Below, one piece after another: positions 38,550 through 50,430 of a stretch of 64,000 bases of DNA. Source of the DNA: Gracilinanus agilis (lineage: Eukaryota). The notes below the pieces were generated by a model. That model was given only the letters and a program-made list of their open reading frames with translations. It was not told where the DNA came from and did not search any database. The stretch spans positions 251,421,442 through 251,485,441 of the forward strand of contig NC_058133.1 of the NCBI RefSeq assembly GCF_016433145.1, written 5' to 3'. Each line of letters starts with the position of its first letter. The first letter of the stretch is position 1. Position numbers and translations under genes: made by a program.

Positions 38550-40370
38550 GTCTACTCCAATCCTGTGAAGACTTCCTAGATCTGAATGGGTAGATAAGAG
38601 CAACTGGTCCTAACCACCATGAAAGCAAGTGAAGCAGCCATGTGGAACACCTAGAGCTTGGTCAGACATCAAAGATGCCAAGGTCATCCACTGAATCCTG
38701 GGAATCCAGTGGCTTAGTGGATAGAGAGCCTGAGTTCAAGTCTGGCCTTAGACATTTCCCATCTGTGTGGCCCCGGGTAAGTCACTTAACCCCATTTACC
38801 CAGCTCTGACTGTTCTTCTGCCTTAGAATCAATACTTAGTACCCATTCTGAGACAAATGGTAAAGGTTTAAAAAAAAAATCTAGTTGACCCAGGGTAAAG
38901 AATCTAAGTGATCCAAGATCAATTCAAGGCTCACAGTTTTCCCTGGCACAAAGCTCCAATTCAGGAACTTTATAAAGTTGGAGTAACTCAAAGAAAATAC
39001 CAACTAGTATTAAAAAAAATCATTGCAGATCTAGAGAATGCCTAAAAGAAGTCAGTAACACTGGAACAATTTTGAGCATTCTCAAAGGAAAATAGGACAG
39101 TAAGATTTTAGGTTAGGCAATGTCTAGCCACATCAAACTTGGTTCAAATAATATTAATAAATAAAAATTTCCAAACAACATAAAATATTTTCTTTACAGA
39201 AAGACTAAATACTAAACTGGATACTTAGAAGAATGAAGCAAGAGATATAAGATAAGAGCCTTGAGGAAATAATTGGAATAAAAATAACTTAGAAGAGAAG
39301 GTGGTAAGCTATATCCCAAAAATCATCTCTCTGAAAACTAGAATGGACCAAACAGAAATCATTAACTCCATGAGACAGTAATATTAGAATAAAATTAAAA
39401 TATTAGAAAATTAAAAGAAAATGTTAGTTAGCTATCTGCTATCAAAAAACAACTGGTCTAGAAAATAGGTCGAGAGAGAATTTTCCTCAGGAGATCCATG
39501 ATCATGATCATGAGTTCTTTTAACTCCCATGAAGAAATTACAAGATATAAAAGGTAGATAATGTGGTAGACAATTAATAATAAGATCCTGAATGCAGGGT
39601 GAGACATATTTTTATGTACTGAAAACAATTAACAGAACACAAGCCAGGATACAAAATTAGGTTATTTGATGTCTAATTGGAGGAAAGAGTAGGGGCTTTC
39701 TAAGTTAGGAAGAGAGTGAGGTTTCAGCTTTTCCCCAGAATTAAGAGATGCTGATTAATTAAATCCACCTACATTTATGATACAATCGATGACTTGTACC
39801 ATCTAGTTTTGCATGAATTATTTTCAGCAAAGCAGAAAGATAATACACGTGGCAGCACAAGATGGAGTCACTATCATGAGATAGAACCTAATTGGTTCTT
39901 TCAATTCCTTCCCCAATCAATTCCATTTGGTAACTGGTCTTTATTCCATTTTGTCAGTAACTGACAATGCAGTATTAATGTCTTAAGGGAGAGAACCAGG
40001 CCTGAAGACAGGAGGTCCTGGGTTCAAATCTAACCTCATACACTTCCTAGCTATGTGACCCTGGGCAAGTCACTTAACTCCAGTTGCTTAGCCCTTACCT
40101 CTCTTCTGCCTTGGAACACAGTATTGATTCTAAGACAGAAGTTTACTAGTTCCTAGAGCTTGGTCAGACATTGAAGATGCCAAGGTCATCTACTGTATCC
40201 AGGGCCATCTCCAGTTCTTCTGATTTTCATCCTGTCACTGAGCTTTGATAACTCTGGAAGAGAGAGTGAGGCTGATGACTTTGGGTGACTGGGCTTCTCT
40301 TAAACCCAAATCATGTGCAAGTCAAGCCAACACCCTCTGGTTTCCTCTTTGAAAGCAAAGAACAGAACAG
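38550..40370 (+). mobile_element. Composite repeat stack: RTE-derived SINE fragments (about 38550-38700, 40150-40370), SINEs (about 38705-38880, 39990-40140) and an L1 ORF1-like remnant (about 38900-39500)
   Basis: CCTAGAGCTTGGTCAGACAT..AAGATGCCAAGGTCAT occurs twice. SINE cores are visible. A-rich segment resembles L1 ORF1. Confidence 0.55.
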
Positions 40371-41074
40371 TATTATTCTTTAGTCAGCTCAAATTCCTAG
40401 GGGGGCTGATAACCAGAGAGATCAGTCATTAGATTTGAGAGCAAGTAGATGTATTAGGATAAGTTTTGTAGCCTCCAAGAATCTGGGAATGGAATGGTGG
40501 GGTGCATCAAGGGGTATACTATGTGGATCCCTTTTAAAAATTATTGGTACTTACATGAGAATTCTGTCTTCAAATGTAGCTAACATGTTTCCCTGTTTCT
40601 AAGGCAGGCAGCAAGACATGTGAGGATAACTACCATTACATTCTAATTTACCTATGGGAGAGGATTTACCCAAAAGGGTACCTATACCACTTGCCTGGAC
40701 TTTAGGTGCCTCCAGCTCTTCTGAGTTCCATAGGGTGGTCTTTCAACTTTATAGAGGGAGTATGAGAACTCTGCCACAGTATCTTCCCTTATCTACTACC
40801 AACGCTATGTGAATGTTTATCTTTCTAAAATAACCCCCTGTAGAAGAATATTGAGGTTCCAAACCATAGTGGTAAATGAAGTATCCCCTACCATTAAAAA
40901 AAAGGGGGGGGAGGGGGAAGAAGTCTTATGCAAATGAGCATAAGAAAACAGGCAGTTATCTTGCTACCCTTGCAATAATGTCCACTGTCTCCACCGCCTA
41001 CCCTTCACTCCCCAGACATTGGCCTCATGGACTGAGAACTCTGAGGAAAGGGTTGGAGGATAGAGGATATGGAA

Positions 41075-41101
41075 AGGGAAGCTGTGAGAGTAGATGATAA
41101 G
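41075..41101 (+). promoter_or_regulatory. GP1BA: GP1BA megakaryocyte-type promoter elements (GATA and Ets core)
   Basis: TGATAAG at 41095-41101 with GGAA cores about 20-25 nt upstream. GATA plus Ets is the established architecture of the human GP1BA promoter. Confidence 0.55.
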
Positions 41102-41293
41102 GGGTTCTGTCCGGATCCCCTCCTCCTTTGGAAAACCCAGGGCTCCTATCAGGCCAGCATTTCTCCAAACACCCCCTTTCCTACTCTTGCCCAAAACCAG
41201 GCATCTTGCCTTCTTGTAGGGTGAACCGATAGAGGCATATAGTATATTGCATATATAGAGGCAGAAACTATGAATTTGAGAAGCTCATGGGAA

Positions 41294-43879
41294 ATGGTGA
41301 GTAGAGGGGAAAGGTGATACCTGAGGATGGGAAAGGAGCAGGGGTTGAGGAGGGATGGGTTTGTCAGTCCAATAGATTGAGGGTTATGTGGTAGCAAAGA
41401 GTCAGTTAACTAAATAGATGCATACTTGAGATCTGGGGGGAATCGAGATGGCTGGTGGGGTTGGATCGGGAGGTGAGAAAAGGGTGTTGGAGGAGATAGT
41501 AAATAGAGCCATAGGACCAGATACTTGGGTCTTAGAGAGGGGATGGACAGTTGAGTTTAGGGGAGGATTGAGGACAGGGGGATGAGAAGTGCGAAAAGTG
41601 GGGGTGGGGATGGGTGAAGTCCAGAGAGATTGGGTCATGGGTTCTTTAAGAATCTGGAATGTGGAATGTGGGGGGCAGCTGGGTAGCTCAGTGGATTGAG
41701 AGTCAGGCCTAGAGACCGGAGGTCCTAGGTTCAAATCTGACCTCAGACACTTCTCAGCTGTGTGACCCTGGGCAAGTCACTTGACCCCCATTGCCTACCC
41801 TTACCACTCTTCTTCCTTGAAGGCAATACACAGTATTGACTCCAAGATGGAAGGTAAGGGTTTAAAAAAAAAAAAAAAAGGATCTGGAATGTGGAAGGGT
41901 AGGAATAACCACACACTTTTCCCCTTCCACAGGACCTCAGGCTATTCTTAGTCCTCTTCCCATTCCTCCTGGGCATCTCCCATTCCCAAGCTCCCTGTGA
42001 GATCCTTAAAGTGGCTAGCAAGCTGGAAACCAACTGTGAATCCCTTGGGCTGAAGGCTGTGCCATCAAAGCTGTCCCCAGACACTGCCATACTCTATCTT
42101 CAGAATAATGGCCTGAAATCTTTCTCCACTTCTTCCCTCAGTCTTCTCACCCGACTCACTGAACTCTACTTAGCTAGAAACAATATAAGTGTTTTGGTGG
42201 CAGATGGGAAGCTGCCACTCCTCTCTGTCCTGGACTTCTCTGACAATGCCCTAAAGGTACTGCCCCAACTAGGGCACTCCCTTCCCTCTCTCACCTTCCT
42301 TGACCTGTCCAGAAATGCCCTAGAGTCCCTGTCTCCAGGAGCCCTGGATGGTCTGAGTTCCCTGGAGAACCTCTATCTTCGAGACAACAAGTTGAGGAGT
42401 CTGCCCCAAAACTTTCTACAAGCAACACGCAAACTTGAAAAGCTGGATCTAGCAAACAATAACCTGGAACATCTGTCAGCAGACCTCTTGGCAGATCTCA
42501 GTAATCTAAACACCCTCTTTCTACAGAATAACCTGCTCTCTGTCCTTCCAGTTGGCTTCTTCCACGACCATATCCTAGCTTATGTCTTCCTCCATTCCAA
42601 TCCATGGAACTGCAATTGTGATCTCCGATACTTACGTCATTGGCTACAGGAAAATCCTGGTAGTGTCTATCTCTGGAAAGAAGGTGTGGATGTCAAGGCC
42701 ATGACTCCAAATGTGAAGACTGTAGAGTGTAAGGTTCCCTCCAAGACACCTGTCTACTCTTTCTCTGTGAACTGCCCAATCTCTGGGGATAATGACTATG
42801 ACAACTATGATGGGTATGATGGGCTAACTGTGACAGAGGTCCCAGAGTCTAAAACTACCACTATTCCAACTACAACCTCCCAGGAGCATTCCATATTCCT
42901 TAGAAGCTCAAAAATGACCACAGAAGAACCTACCACATTCCCAATCACCCCAGAAACTACCCCAACTACCCAAGGGTCTGCCACATTCCTTAAAAGCCCT
43001 AAAACATCTGTCTTCCCACCTAAGTCAAAGTTCACTAGGTTCCTAATCTCAGAGGCCACCACATTTCAAATCATCCCAGAAACTACCACATCCCCAACTA
43101 CCCAAGGGTCTACCACATTCCTTAACAACCCAGAGACAACTGTGTTCTCAACTATGCCAGAACTCACTAGGTTCCCAATTTCTTCAGAAGCTACCACATT
43201 TCAGATCACCACAGAGCCCACCCAATTCTCAGAGGATCTGGAAGCAACAAGATTCTTAACCTCTCCAGAGCCTATCACATTCCCAACACCCTCAGAAACC
43301 ACCATGCTCCAAACCACTCCAAAACTTGTCACATTTCCAACCACATATTCAACTCTACATACTTCTTCCATGCCTTTTACTTCCACCAGTCTCTCTTCAA
43401 CTTTAACTCTCATAAAGTCCAACATTCTCCCACCAAATGAATTTGTGACCCTAGGAAGCTTAGGTTATCCCAGAGACTCTTCTCCTTCCATCTCCTGCTG
43501 CCTTCTCTCTCTGGTGTTCTACATCTTTGGAATAGCTTGGCTTCTGATCTCTTCCATTGTTCTCATTTTCTTTTTAGCTCTAGCCCAGCCCCCACCTCAT
43601 CTGCTAAGAAACTATACTTTTATGGAGGACAGCCCCAACCCACAGGTCACTGTCCACCTTGAACTCCTTAAGGGGAAGGAGGTGACAGTCCATAGAAGTT
43701 GGTTCCTTTTCCTTGAGGGATTAGTACCCTCCTTCCGAACTAGACTCTTTCTGTGGGTACGCTCTGATGGCCGAGTGGGACCTCTGACTCTAAAGAGGAA
43801 ACCATCTGCCTTGAGTCTGGGGCGTGGGGAGGATCTGCTAGGGGCAGTCAGCATTAGGTATTCAGGCCACAGCCTCTGA
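41294..43879 (+). CDS. GP1BA: Platelet glycoprotein Ib alpha chain, about 649 aa (657 aa if the ATG at 41270 is used)
   Basis: Main exon 41933-43879 is open throughout: signal peptide DLRLFLVLFPFLLGISHS, LRRs, beta-switch VYLWKEGVDVKAMT, anionic DYDNYDGYD, mucin stalk, CC before the TM helix, filamin site PSFRTRLFLWV and 14-3-3 tail RYSGHSL. The start codon is inferred from the upstream ATG|GTGAGT at 41294-41296. Gene identity is near certain, the start is less so. Confidence 0.9.
41667..41881 (+). mobile_element. Young full-length opossum-type SINE in GP1BA intron 1
   Basis: Intact A/B-box head, CORE, long poly-A tail and a perfect 15-bp TSD ATCTGGAATGTGGAA at 41652-41666 and 41882-41896. 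Confidence 0.9.
42932..43220 (+). repeat. GP1BA: Coding tandem repeat in the GPIb-alpha mucin stalk (units of 126 and 135 nt plus a partial third)
   Basis: Units begin ACCACATT at 42932, 43058 and 43193 and share CCAGAAACTACC...CCAACTACCCAAGGGTCT.CCACATTCCTTAA and TCACTAGGTTCC. Confidence 0.85.
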
Positions 43880-43995
43880 GAGGATCTACCTCAAACAAAT
43901 CAAGTCATGCTCTAGGTAAATGAATCTAGCACTCTAATAAGTGACTTGGGATGTGACATGTTCTTCTGAAATCTAGGGGCAGGATCTGAACCCAT

Positions 43996-44001
43996 AATAA
44001 A
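43996..44001 (+). terminator. GP1BA: Candidate GP1BA polyadenylation signal
   Basis: First AATAAA downstream of the stop codon (about 120 nt). Confidence 0.45.
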
Positions 44002-44172
44002 AATTTCTCCAAGTAATCAGTTGTTATTGTGTGTGTTGGGCAAGGGGCAGAGAGTGAAGATATTGGGGCTTTTGGATGATTGGAGATATACTGGTGGGGT
44101 AGAAGGATCTTCCTTGACACTTTCCTTCTCCCCATTATCAGAGTGGTAGCGAGACTTTCAAGACTTTCCTTA

Positions 44173-44640
44173 GGGCAGCTAGGTGGCTGAGAGAGAGCCA
44201 GAGAGCCAGTCATAGAGATGGGAGGGCCCAAGTTAAAACCTGATCCAAAACACTTCCTAGCTGTGTGACCCTGGGCAAGTCCTCTTCTGCCTTGGAACTA
44301 ATACCAAGATTCTAAGACAGAAGGTGTTTTTTCAAAAAGGATATGCCTGAAAGTAGTTGGAGATGGGGCTGGATCCAAGGGGGACAGATCATCCTAGAAT
44401 TAGGAGGGAAAAGACAACTTCAAAGCCATATGCATTAGTACTTTGTTTTTTAAACCCTTACCTTTCATCTTAGAACTAATACAAAATATCAGTTCCATGG
44501 CAGAAATGTTGAGGGCAACACAATCGGGATTAAGTGACTTGCCCAGGATCATACAGCTAGGAAGTGTCTGAGGTCAATTTGAACCCAGTCTCTCCAGACT
44601 CCATGCCTAGCTTTCTATCTACTGAGCTACCTGGTTACCT
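44173..44640. mobile_element. Two oppositely oriented SINEs downstream of GP1BA (about 44173-44330 on +, 44450-44640 on -)
   Basis: CORE motifs on both strands. Confidence 0.7.
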
Positions 44641-47600
44641 GCCATAGCACCCTCTTAATGCTCTTTCTTCTATACCACAAAGCCTTGGGACCCCATTGCA
44701 CAGCAGAACCTCATAGGGGAGAGAAAATTAAGATTGTCGCCCTGGAACCCCAGGATCTTCCAAAGCTAACACCCTATTCCCCTAAAATCTCAAACATTTT
44801 ATGTCCTAGGAAGACTTTCTCCTCCAATTCCCTTTCTAAATAAGTCCCAACAGAAACCAGTCTCCCTTCTTTAAGACATCCTTCTCTTCACCTACTTAAC
44901 TTTCCCTCCCAGCACCCAGCACAGCCCAAAACGGTGCCCTGAAATACAGCCCCGTCTCTCAAACTACTTTCAGGGTATCTCTTCTTGGATGTCACACAAA
45001 ATTTCAAAATCCAGGTAAGCCATAATCTCCTTAAACCTTTGTCTTTATTATTTAATACCAAAAGCAATAAAAACCCATCGTTACCCAGGCTCAAAATATC
45101 AAATTCCTTTTGCTATGGAATGTTGTACCAGGCTCTGGCCTGAATTCTCTTACCCAGTGATGGTGGAGGTTTTAAGAAGATCAATGTTAAAAAAAAAAAA
45201 TCTGGTAGCTCCCACTTCATTCTCAACATCCTTCATTAACTATGGTTTGCATATGGGTTAAGTAGCCAACAATCATATTCACATTTGTACCTCTGGTCAC
45301 AAGAACAGGACAACTATTTACCTTTTACAGATGTAATTTAAAAGGTCCAAAGATGTTACCCCACGGTTTATCTTCCATGCTTATTTTTCCCCTTTCCCAA
45401 CTGGTCATATATAGCATAGAATGCCTTCCCTGTTATCATGAACAATCACCGAACATCAGAACTAAAAGGGGCCTGAGTGTAAACACAAATCCCTTTATTT
45501 CACAGGTGTGAAAACTGATACCCTTCGATTAAGTAATGTGCTTAAGATCACACAACTAGTTTTAATGCTTTGTTTTTAAAACCCAGAAAACAGGTAGGTG
45601 GAATATTGACTCTTCTCCAATGCCAGCGAGACTTGTAGAACAGTCACCCTGGCTTATGTTGAGATTGCCCACTTACTGCCCCCTAAGCTTCTAATCCTTC
45701 CCGGGCTATGGGGAGCCTGATGCTCCATATCACCACCTTGGAGTGTGTAACAAGGACCCAGATAAAGGTTCAGATTACATGAAAGTGCCTGAATGACTAC
45801 AAATAGTGCAAAGGTATCAAAAGCACTGCCCTGCAATCAAAAGAATTGGGTTCTAGTTTCGGCTTTGCCAGTGACTGTAAATTACTTTCCCTTCCATTTA
45901 TAAAATGTGTTAAATTCCAAAGTCCTTTCTAGTATAGATGCCATTACTTTGTCCGTTAAAAGTGATAATCATCAGCTAGGAGAAAAGGGAGGGAGTCTAG
46001 ATTTAAACTTGAGCAACTTGACCTCACTTCAAACTTTTCAGCATAAACTGTCTAGTACCACCATTTATGGGATGCTAGGCAGTCTAGTGGATAGAGCTGG
46101 GCTTGGAAGTTAGGAAGGTTAGAGTTCAAATGTCACCTCAGACACTGTATGACTGGGCAAGTCACATAATCCCATTTTCATCAGTTTCTTCATCTATAAA
46201 ATGAGCTGGAGAAGGAAATGGCAAATCACTCCAGTAATTTTGCCAAGAAAAATTCCAAATAGAGTCGGACATATCTGAAAAAGACTTGCCAACACCGAAG
46301 GCCCCAGGGTCATTATAGGTAGTAAGTAGCTACCGATTCCCGTTACCCCTAAACCCAGAGATCTTTCTGTTGTACTTCACTCTCTTGCCCTTCCCATCAA
46401 GAAGTTAGCTGCTTCTGTGTTTCCAAGACACTGCCCATCTCTCATTTCTTCCATCTTTCTAAATCTTAATCATTAATTTACAGAGCTGAATTTAAGTCCT
46501 TGCTCCCTCCCCTATACTGTGCATTATCTACCCAAACAGATTATCAAGGCCTATCCCCCAAGGCAGCAGTTTGTCTCAGTCTCCAAAGAGACAGGGATTC
46601 ACTCAGTTCTCACTAGAAGAGACTTGTCTCAATTCACTGACCCCACTAATACTGCTTACTTGTCCCATTCACCCCTCCCTTCAGCCTGGAAAGGTCAGTT
46701 TGTCTCCCACATTCTATCTTAGAGCATTTGGGCTGGAAAGGGCCCTCCATTCTCTGCTCCAGATCCCCAATATGGGTGGAAACTGCAGAATGTGTCTATG
46801 ATCCCAGAAACACAGCTGAAGTAATGACATACTTACCATAATTATGTATAACATTTGCATAACATTATCATATATTATAATATTTTTTAGGATAAAAAGA
46901 AAAAGTCAACCTGTTCCCCAATACCCAAAGCAACCCATCTCTCAAGCTGAGAAAGGACAGAGTACCCAAGCACACACAATAGGGGTAAATACTTCTCTTT
47001 TCCTTTCTCTTGCCTCCTTATGACTATCATTTCTAATGTAAGAAATGGGGGAAGGGTCATGTGGACTGGAGGAACTCCGGTTTTATCAATGTGGAAGCTA
47101 GAGGCTAGGCATTTCTGAGGCTCTCTGCTGGGTTTAGGGACTGAAAGTAACTGACTTTACCATGAGGCCTCCTTGTCTACCATATAGGCACTCTTTCCCA
47201 TTCTAGTTCCTCTGCTTCCTTTTCTCCCTCCTACTTAGTTTCTTTGCTTGGGAAGGAAGCAGCAATATTCTGTGAGCCAGAGTGCATCATCTCTCAGCAT
47301 CAGTTAGTATGGGAAACTTAAAACTATCCCAGCTATTGCTTCTGCCAGATTCTCCTAGCCCTCTCCTCTCCTCCACAGGATGTTCCTGGGATGAATGGAG
47401 GTCCTAGGAATTATGGAGACAATTCTCAGGCTCTTTTGGGGAATTCTAGAGGTCACAGGGAAGGGGAAGTAGAGTCCAAGCCGTTACAGGGGATAGACCA
47501 AAGTCCTTTATATCAGGAGAGACCACATAGTGGGGGTAGAAGGAACGAGTGAAGGAATTGGGGAAAATAAATAGAAGGGGGGACCAGGGGGCAGAATCCA

Positions 47601-47748
47601 GGTACCCCCTTTTGAAGATGAGTATATGGTAAAGGCTGGGAGGATAGAGGCACAGCTCATGGGGGTGTGGAGTGTGGGGTGGTAGACCCGACACATCTCC
47701 ATTCCTGGAAGCCCTATCCTCCTGGTCCTCAGGCACCTTTGGGGTTCT

Positions 47749-50430
47749 TCAACCACTAAGAAAGAGCTTCTTATAGGCCTTGTTCATTTGCTCCAGGAAA
47801 ATAAAGGTGAGGACAGTGTGAGGGCCAAGCCGGGCATAGTAAGGGGTGAATCCTTTCCAAAGGCTGAAGAATCCTTCATATCGAACAACCTTCACCAGCA
47901 CATCCTGTCAAAACAACAGAGATAGGCTTAGGGGATCAGAGGAATACCAACTCCCTCTCTCCTCCCCACATTGTTCCCATCAACCAAGGGACCCAAGTTC
48001 CCAGACATGCTTTGGTTCATGTCATGAATGAACAAAGGCCAAATTTTTTGCATAATATTTGCTTAATACATGTTGAATGAAGGGATGAGCTTCCCTCAAC
48101 CCTCCAAATTCTCACCAGTCCATTCTTATACTCTGGCTTCCCATCAATCATCCTCATATTCTGGATCCTGGGATCGGAGGAAGAAGAGAGGTTAGAACTG
48201 TAAGGAGAATTGGGGTCTGGGTAAGCTGGACTGGGACCAAGGTTTATAATCTCTGGTTATAGATTTAGAACCAGGAGAGCTCTTTCAAGTTTTCAAACTT
48301 CATTCAATCACTTTACAGGTGAGGAAAAATGAGGAACCGAGACCAAGTCTTGCTGACTCCAAGTCCAGAGCTCAAAAAATTCTCCACCTAGTTTTGCTGA
48401 TTTATCCCCTCTATCTGAATAATGATTAGTGCATATGTAAAATCTTAGGCAATCCTCCCACTTCTTGTTAGGGACTCTGGACCCACCTGGTTTTAACAAT
48501 GTCCACAGGCATAGAAGCTGCTGTGGTGACCAGTCCACTAATCATGCTGGCGCAGAAATGACAGAAGATATTGTCAGAAAAGTGACCTACAGTGGCAGAA
48601 AAAAAAGATGTGTCAGTCTAAGTCCTTGAAAAGACAGGAACAGGAAGGACTGGTTGCTTGGGTGAGTAATGGAGGCAGACATACAAACCTGAGGCTTACC
48701 TGAGTCTAAGAGAAACTGTTTAGACTGTGAATAGGAAGCAAGCTGGGCAGCATTGACAACAACTGCCCTAGCCATTGTGGGGATACAGCCCTGGTATTGA
48801 GGGGAAAAAAAAAGTGTTAGCCCCTACCTCCTTTTGGGTATCCCTTCCCCCTATTCTCTCCCTTGGTCATCAAGCCTCCTCCACTCACCCTCCAAAGGGT
48901 GGGGATGCCCTCTTCCCGGGCAATCCTCAAGAGTGCATCAAAAACATTCTTATAGCCTCTACGCTGATCTGGTGGCATCCTGCAGTGAGTAAATGAGATT
49001 GAGAATGGGAGAGGAGGAAAAGAGAAAGGATCTGAAAAAAAATGCAGGTCATGAAGGAAAAGAACAAACAGTAGCATGTTAATTCTACCACCTTTGTATT
49101 TCAAAGAACCATGATTTCAGAATCAGATGATCAATCCCCTTATTTTTATAGGTGAGAACACAGGGTCCAGAGAAATAGACTGACTTGCCTAAAACAAGTT
49201 AAAGTGGAAGTAGTTTCCTGGCTGCCAGTTCCTAGGCCACTGTTCTCTAGAGAAACTAGGGTCTTAGGTCCTTAGGTAGGATTTAGGCATGACTCACCGA
49301 CCATCAGCTGTCATACGAATCAGGGCAACCTCAGCAGGTGTTCCCACGAAGGCTCCTGTGGCACCTGCTGTCATGCCAATCAGGGCCTTCAGCAAGAAGC
49401 TAGGGGGTGTCCCATCTGCCCCAGTCAGGCGCTCAAAAAGAACAGTGTAAATGCCAAGGCGAGTTGTTGTATATGTTGCCTGGCGTAAGAGCCCAGCGGA
49501 AAGCCTAATGGAAGGAGAAAGCAGGTCAGGAACCAGGGCATCAAGGCCCAATAGGAGAGGGAAGGACTCTTCCTCAGCCCTTTATTCTAATGCTCCAACA
49601 AGAGTTGGGCATGGTGCCATACAGCTGCTGAGGTGATTCCCAGTTCCCATTGCATACCTAGAGCTCTTGTCTCCTTCATTTCCCCAAAGACCCAGCCCTA
49701 TGGCAAACAGGTCCCCAGTCCTAGAATTACCCTGTGTAGATGCCTCGAAGCCCTTCAGTTCTCAGGATACTGGTGAGGGCATGGAAGCTAGTCTTGTATT
49801 CCCGGGTCTTGGCCCCTTCCCCACTCAGCTGCATTCGGTTCTTCACCAAATCTAGAGGCTGCACAAAAACTGTGGCCCCCATCCTGGATTGGGGAAAGAA
49901 AGGGACTCAGAGACAGGTCTTCAGAATCTCCAGCCTTGAAAGCCTCGGTTGCTCAAAACACAAGTACTGAGACAGATGCCCTGTAAAAGTGGGTGGGCCA
50001 GGAAAGCCCAAAGGGGTTCGAATTTGGGCCAAAGGTACGTGCAACTTTCCATCGACTAGCTGTGCCAGGATGAGGGGCCATGCTGCGCACGGGGCCGGTT
50101 CACCAGGTTACAAGGACCCGGGGATCGGCAGGCCCAAGGGCCGGACTGGGGTTGGAGGTGCAATGAGTGCTCCGTGAAGGAGGGCCACAGGTTATGCAGT
50201 CTGGGAGGCTGTGCAGCTAGGGGCTTTTGGGGGTCAATGGGCCACAGGCCACGTACGCGTTGACCCCGTCAGTCCCCGGAAAAGCACTCGGCTTCCAGCC
50301 CGCGGCAGGAGAAGTGTGGAGAAGAGAACGCTTACCCAGCCAGGCCCCCGAACAAGAACTTGACCGACTTGGGGGACGTGCGGGGCTTTAAAGCCACCCC
50401 GCCGCCTCCAGGACTAGCCGCCGCCGCCAT
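47749..50430 (-). CDS. SLC25A11: Mitochondrial 2-oxoglutarate/malate carrier, 314 aa
   Basis: 8 exons: 50430-50336, 49883-49731, 49504-49298, 48979-48889, 48790-48700, 48586-48487, 48167-48116, 47904-47749 (945 nt). Carrier motifs PLDLVKNRMQ, PAEVALIRM, PVDIVKTRIQ and C-terminus LFLSG*. Confidence 0.97.

Noticed and set aside
42011-42013. GTG start of GP1BA proposed by the ORF track
   Set aside because: It lies after the signal peptide and first Cys. The frame is open back to the acceptor at 41933.
47040-47100. Possible SLC25A11 poly(A) site (GATAAA on the minus strand near 47085)
   Set aside because: Non-canonical hexamer with no independent support, so the 3' end was left unassigned.
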